A stretch of DNA of 64,000 nt, taken from the NCBI GenBank assembly GCA_965248265.1, contig CBDFJF010000001.1:544001-608000 (forward strand), given 5' to 3'. The translations under genes were made by a program, and so were the position numbers. This document shows, piece by piece, positions 29,724 to 41,752 of this stretch. The stretch comes from Candidatus Latescibacterota bacterium. GTDB taxonomy: Bacteria > Latescibacterota > UBA2968 > UBA8231. The first letter of the stretch is position 1; each line of letters starts with the position of its first letter. The notes beneath the pieces are model-generated. The model did not search any database. It saw nothing but the letters and a program-made list of their open reading frames with translations, and was not told where the DNA came from.

Positions 29724-30271
29724 GCTGGCAACGACTCTTCAGCGATCTCGTCGAGGCGGGGGTTGGTGGCATCACGCTCGGACACCAGCGGTGGCGAGGC
29801 GCAAGCCCAGTCGAGTCCGAGAGCCGGATCGTCCCAGGCCACACCGAACTCGTCAGCACCTCCGTCATAATACTGATCGACGACGTAGATCAGTGTGATG
29901 TCGGTGACCGCCAGGTAGCCGTGAGCGACGCCGGGTGGTATCAGCAGCCCCTGCGGGCGATCGCCAACCAACTCAAGCACGTCACCTCGGCCCCTGGTGG
30001 CTGAACCGACCCGCATATCGAACAACCCGACGCGGAGCCTGCCGCTTATGCAGTGCCAGTAGTCAGCCTGTCGACAGTGGAAGTGGAGGCCGCGCAGCAC
30101 GCCGGCGATCGATTCCGAGCGATTGCATTGCAGCCGGGTCCAGTCTCGCTGCGGAAACCATTCCACACGGAAAGTCTCCGCGAACATTCCCCGCGGCTCG
30201 GAAATCCCGTTGAGATCGACGGTGTGGACACCTTCGATGCGATCGGACTCGACTCCCTTTGTCGCACTCAT
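29720..30271 (-). CDS. rfbC: dTDP-4-dehydrorhamnose 3,5-epimerase family
   Basis: RGMFAE, N.S.S..GVLRGLHF, DMRVGSAT, IPPGVAHGY, WDDP.LG.DW, SERD. Confidence 0.9.
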   Translation of the reverse strand: MSATKGVESDRIEGVHTVDLNGISEPRGMFAETFRVEWFPQRDWTRLQCNRSESIAGVLRGLHFHCRQADYWHCISGRLRVGLFDMRVGSATRGRGDVLELVGDRPQGLLIPPGVAHGYLAVTDITLIYVVDQYYDGGADEFGVAWDDPALGLDWACASPPLVSERDATNPRLDEIAEESLPA

Positions 30272-30300
30272 TTCCCCATTACCTTGTCACTGCTTCCTTG

Positions 30301-31005
30301 TCACACCTTGCCGCAGCATTTCTTGAATTTCTTGCCACTGCCACAAGGGCATGGATCATTGCGGCCGACCTTGGGCTCTTCACGTCGATAGGTTTCGACT
30401 CGCCCACCCGGAAACAACCGGCCCCCATCCAGTAGGTCCTTGGGCAGCTTGCCCTCGAGTCCCACTCGTGGTGTCTCCAGCCACTCATCCTGGAGCTCCT
30501 GCAGGGCGCCGTCGGTGGCGACCCCCTGCCCCTGGGTCTGCTCCGGATCCACCCCCTTCTCTTGACAGAAGAGGCCGAAGTCGGCGATCAGAGCCGCCCG
30601 GGGGGATGCCATCAGTTGCTCGAACTGGCTGCGATCGATCCCTGGCGGCAGCTCCAACCCATCCATGACCTGGGCAAGGTCCGCAGGCGCGCCGGCCTCG
30701 GGATCGATGGGGACATCCTCCCTCTCACCCGTGGCGACCACGGGAACGGCCATCTCCTGCAACAGTTGCTCGAGTCGAGAGACGGCTTCGGATGACCCCT
30801 CGGAACGTACCTGGTCGATGATCCAACCCGAATCCTCACCGTCGTCGAGCAACTCGACGATTTCCTCGGCCGAGAACCGGGTGATCCCGCCTTGCTCGCA
30901 CAGATCACGAAGCTGTATCAATCGTGAATTTTCCAAAACGGTCGCCTTTTGATCATGACACTGCCAAATGCCCACGGCTGGTTTCGCCAATCTATCTTCG
31001 GTCAC
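30301..31005 (-). CDS. SEC-C metal-binding motif protein (start uncertain)
   Basis: C-terminal [21 protein letters not shown]. Confidence 0.8.
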   Translation of the reverse strand: MTEDRLAKPAVGIWQCHDQKATVLENSRLIQLRDLCEQGGITRFSAEEIVELLDDGEDSGWIIDQVRSEGSSEAVSRLEQLLQEMAVPVVATGEREDVPIDPEAGAPADLAQVMDGLELPPGIDRSQFEQLMASPRAALIADFGLFCQEKGVDPEQTQGQGVATDGALQELQDEWLETPRVGLEGKLPKDLLDGGRLFPGGRVETYRREEPKVGRNDPCPCGSGKKFKKCCGKV

Positions 31006-31257
31006 CGGTCATGTCAAAACATCAGAACTCGCCATAAGATGGTGAGACCGGACTGGCATCTGGTGCATCAAATAGTTGAGAGAGCCTCAGAATTCTGACC
31101 CGAGATGCGACCGAAATCTGCGAGTTCTCAGCTATTCGAGAGCCTCCCGTTGGAGTTGATTCGGCGCCACCCTCGGTCAAAAAAAAGATTCTATATCGAA
31201 TATTAACAATGTGTTAAATCTGCTCTCAATGGCTCTTTGCAACGACTTTGTGATAAC

Positions 31258-31273
31258 GGGCACACCTCTTGCT
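31258..31273 (+). promoter_or_regulatory. Sigma54 (-24/-12) promoter upstream of the ECF sigma gene
   Basis: GGGCAC-ACCTC-TTGCT has exact GG-N10-GC spacing of TGGCAC-N5-TTGC; IHF-like TAACAATGTGTTA at 31204-31216; dyad TCAGAATTCTGA at 31087-31098. Confidence 0.65.
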
Positions 31274-31334
31274 CAAATGCTGTGTGATTGAAGCTCAAAC
31301 CCAAGCGGACCGAAATAATAGAAAGGGCACTCTC

Positions 31335-31976
31335 GTGACTCAGACCCTGATTGAAACGCCCGAGCAACTATCCGACAAAGCGGTTCTCATGAAGGCCACA
31401 ACTGACGCGAGTTATCTCGCCATTCTCGTCCGTCGCTACCGGATTCCATTACAAAACTTCGTCTACCGATTTGTGGGTGATCGAGAAACGGCCGAGGACA
31501 TCGTGCAGGAGACCTTTCTGCGCTGCCTGAGACATCGTCACCAGTACCCGGCCATCGAGCAGGTTTCAACCTGGTTATACACCATCGCCGGCAACCTGGC
31601 CAAGACTGAACTGCGTCGCCGCAAGCGCTGGCACTGGGTACCGATAGGCCCCAACGAGGATGACGAGGTGCGCACGTCGTTTTACGAACCCGTCGACAAG
31701 GACGTACTGCCGGGTGAGATCACGGATACCAAAACGGTTCAGGGAACCGTCGTGAAGGCCATTCATGCGTTGCCCGAGGAGTTTCGTGAGGCCGTACAGC
31801 TACGGGACCTGAATGGACTCTCCTACGACGAGATCGCCAAGATCATCGAATGCCCCGTGGGCACGGTGAAGTCGAGGGTGAATCGGGGCCGTATCCGCCT
31901 GCAGCGCAACCTGCGAGGATTGGCTGAGGAAGTCATCGGTACCCTCAACCGCAATCCAGCCCTGAGCGTTGGCTGA
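31335..31976 (+). CDS. ECF sigma-70 family sigma factor
   Basis: AEDIVQETFLR, STWLYTIAGN (region 2), LSYDEIA...PVGTVKSRVNRGR (region 4). Confidence 0.95.
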   Translation: MTQTLIETPEQLSDKAVLMKATTDASYLAILVRRYRIPLQNFVYRFVGDRETAEDIVQETFLRCLRHRHQYPAIEQVSTWLYTIAGNLAKTELRRRKRWHWVPIGPNEDDEVRTSFYEPVDKDVLPGEITDTKTVQGTVVKAIHALPEEFREAVQLRDLNGLSYDEIAKIIECPVGTVKSRVNRGRIRLQRNLRGLAEEVIGTLNRNPALSVG

Positions 31977-31991
31977 AACGCTGCCAGCGCG

Positions 31992-33044
31992 CTAAAAAGC
32001 GCGCTGGACGAAGAATTCGAGCATATCCCTGAGGCGGTCTCTGGCACCGCTGGCAGGGATGTGTTCCAGATGAGCCAGCGCCTTCGATGTCATCTGTTCA
32101 CTAACACCTTCTGCGTATTCCATCGCGCCGTAGCGCTCCGCCAGCTGAATGACTTCCTCTGTTTGAGCTGTCGTCGTCTCCTGCCGCTCACTGTGCAGGA
32201 TCTCGAGAACCCGTTCCCCTTCTTGTGCCGAACACTTTCGCAACAGATCGATTATGATCAAAGTGCGTTTGCCCTCGGCGATATCTCCACCTCGCTCCTT
32301 GCCGTAGGCGCCCGAAGTTATCCCGGGAGCGTGATCAGCGTCCTGAGCAGAGGCGGTCAGGTTCAGCAGGTCATCACGAATCTGGAAGGCAATCGCCGTT
32401 GCCTGACCGAAGGCTGCGATCGAATCACGCTGGGACGACGTCGCCCCGGCGATGATCGCGCCGGCCGTGCAGGGGCCGTGGCCGGTGTACCACCCGGTCT
32501 TCTTCCTCAACATGGTCATGAATTCGTCTTCGCTGGGAACGTAGCGCTCACGAATCCAACCCACGTCGTAGGCCTGTCCTTCGAAGGTTTCGCGCGAACC
32601 CCGGATCATTTCCTCGATCAGCAGCAGGGTCGTCTCACACCCCAGCAGTTCGCTATTCGCTGCCAGGACCTCGAACACCTTGGCGTAGAGGGCGTCGCCG
32701 ATGTTGATGCTGAGTGGAATCCCGTGCAGCTTGTGAATGCAGGGCTTGCCGCGACGAAATTCCGAGTCGTCTTCGATGTCGTCGTGAAGAAGGGCGAACG
32801 ACTGAAACATCTCGAAAGCGGCGGCCGTGCGCAGCGCCTTGCCGGTGTCGCCGCCCAGAGCCTCGCAGGCCAGCAGCACCATCGCAGGCCGCGAGCGCTT
32901 CCCCCCGCGTTCGGGGTAATCCCGCATCGGCCTGTACATGTAGCCTTCCGGTTCGAGTACCGGAAGGAAGGAGAACATCTCCTTTTCGATCAATGGGATG
33001 AAACGTTCGAGAAACTGCTTGAGTGCCGGCGAGGGATCCGACAT
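31992..33044 (-). CDS. Polyprenyl diphosphate synthase (IdsA/GGPP synthase-like)
   Basis: GGKRSRP, FARM FALLHDDIEDDSEFRRG, GQAYD, KKTG, FQIRDDLLN, DIAEGKRT. Confidence 0.93.
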   Translation of the reverse strand: MSDPSPALKQFLERFIPLIEKEMFSFLPVLEPEGYMYRPMRDYPERGGKRSRPAMVLLACEALGGDTGKALRTAAAFEMFQSFALLHDDIEDDSEFRRGKPCIHKLHGIPLSINIGDALYAKVFEVLAANSELLGCETTLLLIEEMIRGSRETFEGQAYDVGWIRERYVPSEDEFMTMLRKKTGWYTGHGPCTAGAIIAGATSSQRDSIAAFGQATAIAFQIRDDLLNLTASAQDADHAPGITSGAYGKERGGDIAEGKRTLIIIDLLRKCSAQEGERVLEILHSERQETTTAQTEEVIQLAERYGAMEYAEGVSEQMTSKALAHLEHIPASGARDRLRDMLEFFVQRAF

Positions 33045-33045
33045 C

Positions 33046-33447
33046 TCAGTCACCGCCGGCGATGCGGAGACGGTTGAGCGCTCTGGTAAGGGCGACCTCT
33101 GCTCGCACCGCATCCACGCCGTCACGCTGATTCAGGCGTTCTTGAGCACGCTCTCGCGCTGCCGAGGCACGGGCTCGATCGATCTCGTCGCCGAACTCGG
33201 CGGCCTCCGCCAGCACGGTGACGCGGTCTCCCCCAACCTCGACGAAGCCGCCGCTGCAGGCGAGAGTGCGTGGCTCGGTGCTGCCTTCTTCGACGAACCC
33301 GAGAGCGCCGACCTTCATCGCCGCGATCATGGGAGCGTGCCGTGCCAGCACTCCGAAGGAGCCCTGGCTGCCCGAGGCCTGCAGGCTTTCAACCGAACCG
33401 GAGTAGATCGTGCGTTCGGGCGTGACGATGTCGAGAGTAAATGCCAT
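33046..33447 (-). CDS. atpC: F1 ATP synthase epsilon
   Basis: LDIVTPER, GSFGVLARHAP, SGGFVEV, VLAEAAE. Confidence 0.96.
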   Translation of the reverse strand: MAFTLDIVTPERTIYSGSVESLQASGSQGSFGVLARHAPMIAAMKVGALGFVEEGSTEPRTLACSGGFVEVGGDRVTVLAEAAEFGDEIDRARASAARERAQERLNQRDGVDAVRAEVALTRALNRLRIAGGD

Positions 33448-33451
33448 GCTA

Positions 33452-34882
<1,431 letters not shown>

Positions 34883-35749
34883 CTAATGCGCTACGGCTTC
34901 GGCGCCGCCGATGATATCCATCAATTCGAGTGTGATGGAGGCTTGGCGCTCCTTGTTCATTTCGCGGGTCAAATCCTCGATCAATTCCCCGGCATTCTTC
35001 GTGGCATTGTCCATGGCGGTCATGCGTGCTGCCTGCTCGCAGGCGTTTGATTCCAGCAACGCGCGCCAGATCTGAAAATTGACGTGACGCGGTACCAACT
35101 CCTCGAGCAGCACCCCTGGATCCGGTTCGAACAGATAGTCCAGACTGGTCTCCTCCTCCGCCCCCTCATCGCCTGGAACGATTGGCAGTAACTGCCTCGC
35201 CACCGGTACTTGCTGCGACACGGAGCGGAACTCGCTGAATACGATGGTCACGCGATCGGCTTCGTCTGACAGAAATCGTCGAGTCAGGTCCTGGCCGATC
35301 TGGGCGGCGCGGCTGAACACGAGGGAACCGAACACGTCCTCATGATCGTGGATGACGTTGTAACCTCTGTTGCGAAAAAAATCACGTCCCTTGCGGCCGA
35401 TGGTGATCACTCCGGCGGACTCGCCCCCTGTTTCCTCGCTCAACTCGCCCTGCGCCACGCGGCACAAATTGCCATTGAAACCGCCACACAAACCGCGGTC
35501 GGATGTCACCGTGACGACGATGGTCTTGTTGACGGGCCGCTCCGCCAACAAAGGGCTCTGCGACACGTCGACGCTGCCGTGCAGGCGCCTGAGCACACTG
35601 CTCAGCTGCTGCGCGTACGGACGCGCGCCTTCAATCGCCTCCTGGGCTCGCCGCATCTTGGCGGCGGCAACCATCTGCATGGCGTTGGTGACGCGCTGGA
35701 TGTTGGAGATGCTGGCAACGCGGGTGCGCAGCTCTCGAAGAGTGGCCAT
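34883..35749 (-). CDS. atpG: F1 ATP synthase gamma
   Basis: TNAMQMVAAAK, SDRGLCGGFN, ARMTAMDNAT, RQASITLEL. Confidence 0.98.
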   Translation of the reverse strand: MATLRELRTRVASISNIQRVTNAMQMVAAAKMRRAQEAIEGARPYAQQLSSVLRRLHGSVDVSQSPLLAERPVNKTIVVTVTSDRGLCGGFNGNLCRVAQGELSEETGGESAGVITIGRKGRDFFRNRGYNVIHDHEDVFGSLVFSRAAQIGQDLTRRFLSDEADRVTIVFSEFRSVSQQVPVARQLLPIVPGDEGAEEETSLDYLFEPDPGVLLEELVPRHVNFQIWRALLESNACEQAARMTAMDNATKNAGELIEDLTREMNKERQASITLELMDIIGGAEAVAH

Positions 35750-35775
35750 CGGCTAGTAGGTCATCCCCCGGCAAT

Positions 35776-37302
35776 TCATGATTGCGACGGTTTGAAATGG
35801 CTGACGAAATCGCGGATGGCTGCGTCGAGTTTCTCTCTCATCTCATCGTTCAGTTCGCGACTCGACTGGATCTGCTGCATCAGATCCTGCTGACGATCGC
35901 GCATGTGGGCGAGCAACTCGTCCTCGAAGCGCATCACATCGGCCGTTGGCAACTCCAGCACATGGTCGATGGCGGCCAAAGCCACCGTCTCATCCGCCAG
36001 TGACATCGGCTTGTACTGACCTTGCTTGAGGACCTCGAGCAACTTCTCGCCACGATTGAGCAGATTGCGCGTGGACTGATCGAGATCTGAGGTGCCAAAC
36101 TGGGCGAACGCCTTGACCTCATTGTAGCGCGACACGTCGCCCTTGATGGTCTTGGCAACGGCCTTCATCGCTTTCGTCTGGGCGTTGCTGCCGACGCGTG
36201 ACACCGACGCGCCCACATCCATGGCTGGACGGTTGCCGGCGTAGAACAATTCGGGCTTGAGCAGGATCTGGCCATCGGTGATGGATATGACATTGGTCGG
36301 CACGAAGGTCGAGACATCACCTTCGAGAATCTCGATGATCGGCAGGGCTGTCAGGGAACCCGCTCCCTTGTCGTCACTCATTTTGGCGGCACGCTCGAGC
36401 AACCGCGAATGCAGATAGAACACATCACCAGGATAGGCTTCGCGGCCCGGCGGACGCCGCAGTACAAGTGACATCTCGCGGTAAGCCCAGGCCTGCTTTG
36501 ACAGATCGTCGTAGATGGCCAAGGCGTGCTGACCACTGTCGCGGAAATACTCCCCCATCGAGGCACCCGAATACGGAGCCAGAAACTGCAGCGGCGCCGG
36601 ATCCGAGGCGGTTGCCGACACCACCGTCGTGTAGGACATGGCGCCGTTGGCCTCCAATTCGGCCACCACCTTGGCAACGGTGGATGCCTTTTGCCCGATT
36701 GCCACGTAGATGCACTTAACGTCCTGGTCCTTCTGATTGATGATGGTGTCCACGGCGATGGCCGTCTTGCCCGTCTGTCGGTCACCGATGATCAACTCTC
36801 GCTGGCCGCGCCCGATGGGTACGGTTGAGTCGATGATCTTGATACCGGTCTGCAGGGGCTCCGTCACCGGCTGACGCTCGATCACGCCCGGCGCCTTGCG
36901 CTCTACCGGCAAGGTCTGGTTCGACGCCACCTCCCCTTTGCCATCCAGGGGCTGACCGAGTGGATTCACCACCCGACCGAGCAGGCCCTCGCCGACCGGC
37001 ACCTCGACGATGCGTCCGGTGCGCTTGACCTGGTCACCCTCACTGATCAGGGTGTCGGCGCCAAACAGCACGCAACCGACATTGTCCTCTTCCAGGTTCA
37101 GGGCCATCCCCATGATGCCGTGGGGAAATTCCACCAACTCAGTGGCCCGCACGTTCGACAGGCCGTGAACGCGGGCGATGCCGTCGCCGACGTACAGCAC
37201 GGTGCCGGTCTCGTAGACATCGATCTCCTTTTCGAATCCCAGCAGCTGCTGCTTCAGTATCTGGGATATCTCATCGGGTTGAACCATCGCTTCTGCGGGC
37301 AT
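35776..37302 (-). CDS. atpA: F1 ATP synthase alpha
   Basis: [40 protein letters not shown]. Confidence 0.99.
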   Translation of the reverse strand: MPAEAMVQPDEISQILKQQLLGFEKEIDVYETGTVLYVGDGIARVHGLSNVRATELVEFPHGIMGMALNLEEDNVGCVLFGADTLISEGDQVKRTGRIVEVPVGEGLLGRVVNPLGQPLDGKGEVASNQTLPVERKAPGVIERQPVTEPLQTGIKIIDSTVPIGRGQRELIIGDRQTGKTAIAVDTIINQKDQDVKCIYVAIGQKASTVAKVVAELEANGAMSYTTVVSATASDPAPLQFLAPYSGASMGEYFRDSGQHALAIYDDLSKQAWAYREMSLVLRRPPGREAYPGDVFYLHSRLLERAAKMSDDKGAGSLTALPIIEILEGDVSTFVPTNVISITDGQILLKPELFYAGNRPAMDVGASVSRVGSNAQTKAMKAVAKTIKGDVSRYNEVKAFAQFGTSDLDQSTRNLLNRGEKLLEVLKQGQYKPMSLADETVALAAIDHVLELPTADVMRFEDELLAHMRDRQQDLMQQIQSSRELNDEMREKLDAAIRDFVSHFKPSQS

Positions 37303-37317
37303 GTGTCGGTATCCTCT

Positions 37318-37860
37318 TTAGTGTTCGCCGAGCAGTCTTCGGTGCAGGCGCTGCAACTGCGCTTCAACGGTGCCGTCGAAGACCGTGTCTCCGACCGTGG
37401 CGATCAAACCACCGCGCATGGCGTCGTCGACGCTGACCTCGAGCCTTATCTCGCCGCCGAAGTACCCAGACAGCTTTTGCCGCAAGTGGTCGGTTTGACT
37501 CTGATCGAGCGCTGTGGCCGAACGCACGTGAGCCGTGGAGACCCCGGAGCGCTCATCAATGATCTGCAGGCAAGCCTGCGTGGTTTCCTGGAGCATCTCT
37601 GCGCGCCTACGCTGGACCAACAGGCGCATGAAATTCATCGCCAACGCCTCGACCCGCCCTTCAAACACCTTCTCAAGAGCGGCCTGCTTTGAATCAATAC
37701 TGACCAGTCGATTCTGCAGAAAGTCACACAGTTCGCTGGAGCCGTTGAGCGCCGCGTCGATCCCTTCGAGATCACGACGCGTATTATCCAGCGCACCGGT
37801 TTCCTCTGCTGCATCCAGCAGGGTTACGGCGTAACGTCTGACGACTTCGGGAATGTTCAT
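37318..37860 (-). CDS. atpH: F1 ATP synthase delta
   Basis: RRYA..L, NFMRLL, VD..MRGGL...VGD.VFDG; operon position. Confidence 0.95.
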   Translation of the reverse strand: MNIPEVVRRYAVTLLDAAEETGALDNTRRDLEGIDAALNGSSELCDFLQNRLVSIDSKQAALEKVFEGRVEALAMNFMRLLVQRRRAEMLQETTQACLQIIDERSGVSTAHVRSATALDQSQTDHLRQKLSGYFGGEIRLEVSVDDAMRGGLIATVGDTVFDGTVEAQLQRLHRRLLGEH

Positions 37861-38345
37861 GCTTCGGGAACCTGGGCGATCAGATCGTCCACCAGCTTGC
37901 GGTTGCTGTCAGCATCGATGTTGGCGTCGATAATGGCACCCGCCGCCTGCACGGCCAGGTCAGCGACTTCGCGTCGCAACTCGCCGATGGCGGCCGTCTT
38001 TTCACTCTCGATGGTACGCCGTGCCTGTTCCACGGTCTGCTGCGCTTCCGAGCGTGCCTCTTCGACAATCCCCTGACGCACCTTCTCCGCGGCCTCTCGG
38101 GCCTCGGCGATGATCTGCCGGGATTCAGCTTCAGCGCCGGCGAGCAACTTCTGATGCTCCTCCAGTGTTGACTGAGCGTCCTGGCGCGCGCGGTCAGCGC
38201 CTTCCAGCGCATCCCTGATGCGCGCCTCGCGTTCGTCCAGCGCGCCCAGCAACGGCTTCCAGACGGTGCGCTTCAGCACCAGCAGGACGACGACGAAAGT
38301 GACGATCGTCCAGACGATGAGTCCCGCGTGGGGGGTGAGTAACAT
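37857..38345 (-). CDS. atpF: Fo ATP synthase b
   Basis: GLIVWTIVTF...WKPL..ALDERE..I, coiled coil. Confidence 0.96.
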   Translation of the reverse strand: MLLTPHAGLIVWTIVTFVVVLLVLKRTVWKPLLGALDEREARIRDALEGADRARQDAQSTLEEHQKLLAGAEAESRQIIAEAREAAEKVRQGIVEEARSEAQQTVEQARRTIESEKTAAIGELRREVADLAVQAAGAIIDANIDADSNRKLVDDLIAQVPEA

Positions 38346-38408
38346 AGTCGTGTCTCTCCCTAGGTAGCTATCCGTGCCACTATGTCGTTACGCTTTCCTT
38401 CCAGACCT

Positions 38409-38455
38409 AGACGTGATCTGCCAGACGTGATCTGCCAGACGTGATCTGATAGACG
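38409..38455. repeat. 14-bp tandem repeat x3.4 in the atpE-atpF spacer
   Basis: AGACGTGATCTGCC AGACGTGATCTGCC AGACGTGATCTGAT AGACG. Confidence 0.9.
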
Positions 38456-38486
38456 CGAGCACACGACGTCGAGGTCGGACGAATCG

Positions 38487-38744
<258 letters not shown>

Positions 38745-38777
38745 TCATCACTGTCACCAACCAAACCGCCCACCGCC

Positions 38778-39599
38778 CTAGTGATCGGGATGAGCGGCCA
38801 TGCTGATGAACAGTGCCGAGAGCAGAGTAAAAATGAAGGCTTGGATGAAACCGATGAAAATCTCAAGCATGTAGATGGCTGCTGCGAAGGCGATGGAAAA
38901 CGGGGCCAGATAATAGCTCTTGAGCATTATGATCAGACCCAGAAAAACCAGTATCGCCACGTGTCCGGCGATCATGTTGGCGAACAGACGGATGGCCAGG
39001 GCGAACGGCTTGGACAACAGGCCCATGATTTCGATCGGAATCATGATCGGCAACAGCCAGGTAGGCATTCCAGACGGCACCAGGCTGCGACAGTAGCCGA
39101 CGAATCCGTTGTTGACGATGCCGCTGACCTGAGTGACCGTGAAGGTACACAGGGCCAGCGCCGCGGTAACGCTGATGTTGCCCGTTGCCGTGGCACTGTA
39201 GGGAAACAGGCCGATCAGATTGCAAAACAGGATGAAGAAGAAAACGGTGAGCAGGTACGGCATGTATTTGCGGCCGTCCTCGCCCATGATCGGGAGCACT
39301 ACCTCGTCACGGATGAAAAGGACCATCGCCTCGAACAGGTTGGCCAGCCCGAAGGGCACGGCTTTGGGCCTGCGGAAGGCTACGGTCAACAGCAAAATCA
39401 GCAGGCTGCTGGCCACCCACATCATCAGGACGTGTTTCGAGATGGATAAATCGATGCCGTAGATTGGAGCGAACTGCGGCAAGTTGATGTGCCCGTCGAC
39501 CCAGTTGTGGGCGTTGACGAAGGGCACGTCCAGCTGCTTGGAATCGAGGATGTGCCCGATGATATCTACTTGACCGTCTGACCCTGCGTCACCCGCCAT
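38778..39599 (-). CDS. atpB: Fo ATP synthase a
   Basis: FFILFCNLIGLFP, KPFALAIRLFANMIAGH, IQAFIFTLLS. Confidence 0.97.
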   Translation of the reverse strand: MAGDAGSDGQVDIIGHILDSKQLDVPFVNAHNWVDGHINLPQFAPIYGIDLSISKHVLMMWVASSLLILLLTVAFRRPKAVPFGLANLFEAMVLFIRDEVVLPIMGEDGRKYMPYLLTVFFFILFCNLIGLFPYSATATGNISVTAALALCTFTVTQVSGIVNNGFVGYCRSLVPSGMPTWLLPIMIPIEIMGLLSKPFALAIRLFANMIAGHVAILVFLGLIIMLKSYYLAPFSIAFAAAIYMLEIFIGFIQAFIFTLLSALFISMAAHPDH

Positions 39600-39630
39600 T
39601 CAATCACTCAGCCAATATCGTCAGTGTTAT

Positions 39631-39659
39631 CTATCAGTTGATCTTGCTATCAGTTGATC
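39631..39659. repeat. Direct repeat (13-mer x2, period 16) in the atpI-atpB spacer
   Basis: CTATCAGTTGATC at 39631 and 39647. Confidence 0.75.
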
Positions 39660-39697
39660 CGGTAGACGACTGATCGTCACCTACCAAACGTTCAAAA

Positions 39698-40033
39698 TTA
39701 TGACGCTTGATTGCTCTGGTCAACCCGAGCAGGATCGATCGGCTGTCGCCTCTCGCGCTCGTTGCGGCGCACGACCGCTACGATCTCGACGATCATAGCC
39801 AGGATGCAGGTCGTCCCCAGGCCGGCGACGAAATAGCCCGGATGGATTGGCGTCACCAGGAGCAGGATGGCGGAGGCGGCCGCCATCAGCACCAGCCGGA
39901 GCGCCATGCCTCCCAGAAACACCTTGACGAAAAGTTGCGGCCGGCTGTTCCAGGTCCACCGGATACTCAACCAAGCTATGGCCCCGTTGACGAGCGCCAG
40001 CCCGATACCACAGGCCAACCCTGCCCATATCAT
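39698..40033 (-). CDS. atpI: ATP synthase protein I-like membrane protein
   Basis: Four hydrophobic segments, GMALRL motif; ATGA overlap with upstream gene; precedes atpB. Confidence 0.75.
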   Translation of the reverse strand: MIWAGLACGIGLALVNGAIAWLSIRWTWNSRPQLFVKVFLGGMALRLVLMAAASAILLLVTPIHPGYFVAGLGTTCILAMIVEIVAVVRRNERERRQPIDPARVDQSNQAS

Positions 40034-40320
40034 TCTGTTTCCTCTCCTTTGGCTTGAGGGTCCTGGTTCGTCGCAGGCCCATCGCCGTCCTCGCTGTCTG
40101 GACGGGTCAGCATCCGGTAAAGATGGTAGAAGGCCGCCGTCGCCCCAAAGAGCATGCCGGCGATCAACAGTAAGGGAGATGTAGATAGCTTGTCGTCCAG
40201 CCACCATCCTCCGATGGTCGCGATGATGATGGTAACGGCAAACTGCAATCCCGCTCCCAGCAACAGGCCGGCCTGGGCCATGCCTGCCTGTTTCTTTGTC
40301 CGCTTGTCATCAGCGGTCAT
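40030..40320 (-). CDS. atpZ: AtpZ/AtpI family protein
   Basis: GLQFA...GGWWLDDKLSTSPLLLIAGMLFG. Confidence 0.85.
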   Translation of the reverse strand: MTADDKRTKKQAGMAQAGLLLGAGLQFAVTIIIATIGGWWLDDKLSTSPLLLIAGMLFGATAAFYHLYRMLTRPDSEDGDGPATNQDPQAKGEETE

Positions 40321-40339
40321 GGCTGCTTACCACTATTCC

Positions 40340-41752
40340 TCACCAACCGATCAAGCCGGCCTGGCGAGCGGCACTTACCAATGGTTCTGACCACACACCA
40401 CCTCCTACCGAAAACAAGAGCATCAATACCAGGGCGGCGGCGAGTGGGGGGTCGACATGGACGGCCACCGACTCGCCAGCACCGGGAGGCGATAGTACTC
40501 GGACGATCAACCGCGCATACACGTAAGCCATCAGCAGACTGTTGATCAATATGCCTAGGGCGAGCCCGCCAAAGCCGGCATCCAACACCGAACTCAATAC
40601 CCAGTAGCGGGCAGTGAATCCCATCGTCGGCGGCACCCCGACCAGCGCCAGTAGCAGGACCAGCAGCGTCCCTGCCAGCAGTGGGTGTCTACGTGCCAGG
40701 CCCAGACAGTCGTCGATCTCCAGCTCCGTTTCCCGCTGACGGCAAAGCGCCAGCAGCACGGCGCAGCAACCACATACCGCCATGCCGTAAAAGGACAGAT
40801 AGAACACAACCCCGCCACCACCGCGACTGCCCATCGCGCAGAGCCCGGCCAGGGCGTAGCCGATATGAGCGAGTGAGGCGTAGCCCAGCAGGCGCTTTAG
40901 CCGGCGCTGATTCATCGCCAGCAGATTGCCCACCGTCATCGTCAACACGGCAGCAACCCAGGTCAAGGCGACCGCATACTCCTCGACCAGGTCGAAGCCG
41001 ACGGCGCACAGGCGCATCGCCACGGCAACGGCCGAAGCCGTGCCAGCGGAGGCCAGCAGCGCCGATACCGGTGCGGGCGCGCCATGAAAAACGTCGGCAA
41101 ACCACATGTGTAAAGGGACGACGCCGATGCGGGCGCCGACAGCAACCGCGAGCAGGGCCATTCCCGCCAGCGTCAACCGGCTCACGGTGACGTCCGTACC
41201 GTGATACGCGGCGACGAGTTCCGCCAGGTCGGTCGTACCGGTCGCCCCGTACACGAGGACAAGCCCGAGAAGGAAGAACGCACTGGCGACGGCTCCCGTC
41301 ATCGCCAATCGGAGACCGGCCTCCACGGCGATCCGGCTCGACTTCCCGCAGATGATGAGAGCCTGTAGGGACAGGACAGCCAGCTCGAGACTGACAAACA
41401 GCAGCAACAGGTCATTTGCGCGCACCATCACCATCATCCCCAGCACCGAACACAACAGCAGAGGATAAAACGCCAAGCCCGGGGAATCTGTGTCTGCGCC
41501 GCGGTGGCGAGAGAGAGACATGAGGATGGTCAAGCAGGCAAAGCTCAGGATCAGGACGGTGCAGTAGGAGTAAAATTCGGCGGCGAAGCTCTGTCTGAGC
41601 GCAACGGCGAGAATGGCGAGACTACCGAAAAGACTGGTATAGCCCATGCTTGCCGTCACCCTGGAGCCCAGCGACGTAAAGAAGGCTTCGAGCAGGACCA
41701 CGGCGACGATCAGAGCTGCCAGCAGTAGCTCCGGAGTTGAGAAGAAATCCAT
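40340..41752 (-). CDS. nuoN: Divergent complex I subunit N
   Basis: LFVSLEL, EAG...GA.ASAF.L.G..L.YG.TG, VPLHMW.ADV.HGAP, TMTVGNL.A..Q..LKRLLGY.SLAHIGY, G.PPT.GF. Confidence 0.9.
   Translation of the reverse strand: MDFFSTPELLLAALIVAVVLLEAFFTSLGSRVTASMGYTSLFGSLAILAVALRQSFAAEFYSYCTVLILSFACLTILMSLSRHRGADTDSPGLAFYPLLLCSVLGMMVMVRANDLLLLFVSLELAVLSLQALIICGKSSRIAVEAGLRLAMTGAVASAFFLLGLVLVYGATGTTDLAELVAAYHGTDVTVSRLTLAGMALLAVAVGARIGVVPLHMWFADVFHGAPAPVSALLASAGTASAVAVAMRLCAVGFDLVEEYAVALTWVAAVLTMTVGNLLAMNQRRLKRLLGYASLAHIGYALAGLCAMGSRGGGGVVFYLSFYGMAVCGCCAVLLALCRQRETELEIDDCLGLARRHPLLAGTLLVLLLALVGVPPTMGFTARYWVLSSVLDAGFGGLALGILINSLLMAYVYARLIVRVLSPPGAGESVAVHVDPPLAAALVLMLLFSVGGGVWSEPLVSAARQAGLIGW

Noticed and set aside
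31024-31128. Structured ncRNA from AGAACTCGC/GCGAGTTCT long-range pairing
   Set aside because: Only a 9-bp match; the region is better explained as the enhancer zone of the sigma54-type promoter
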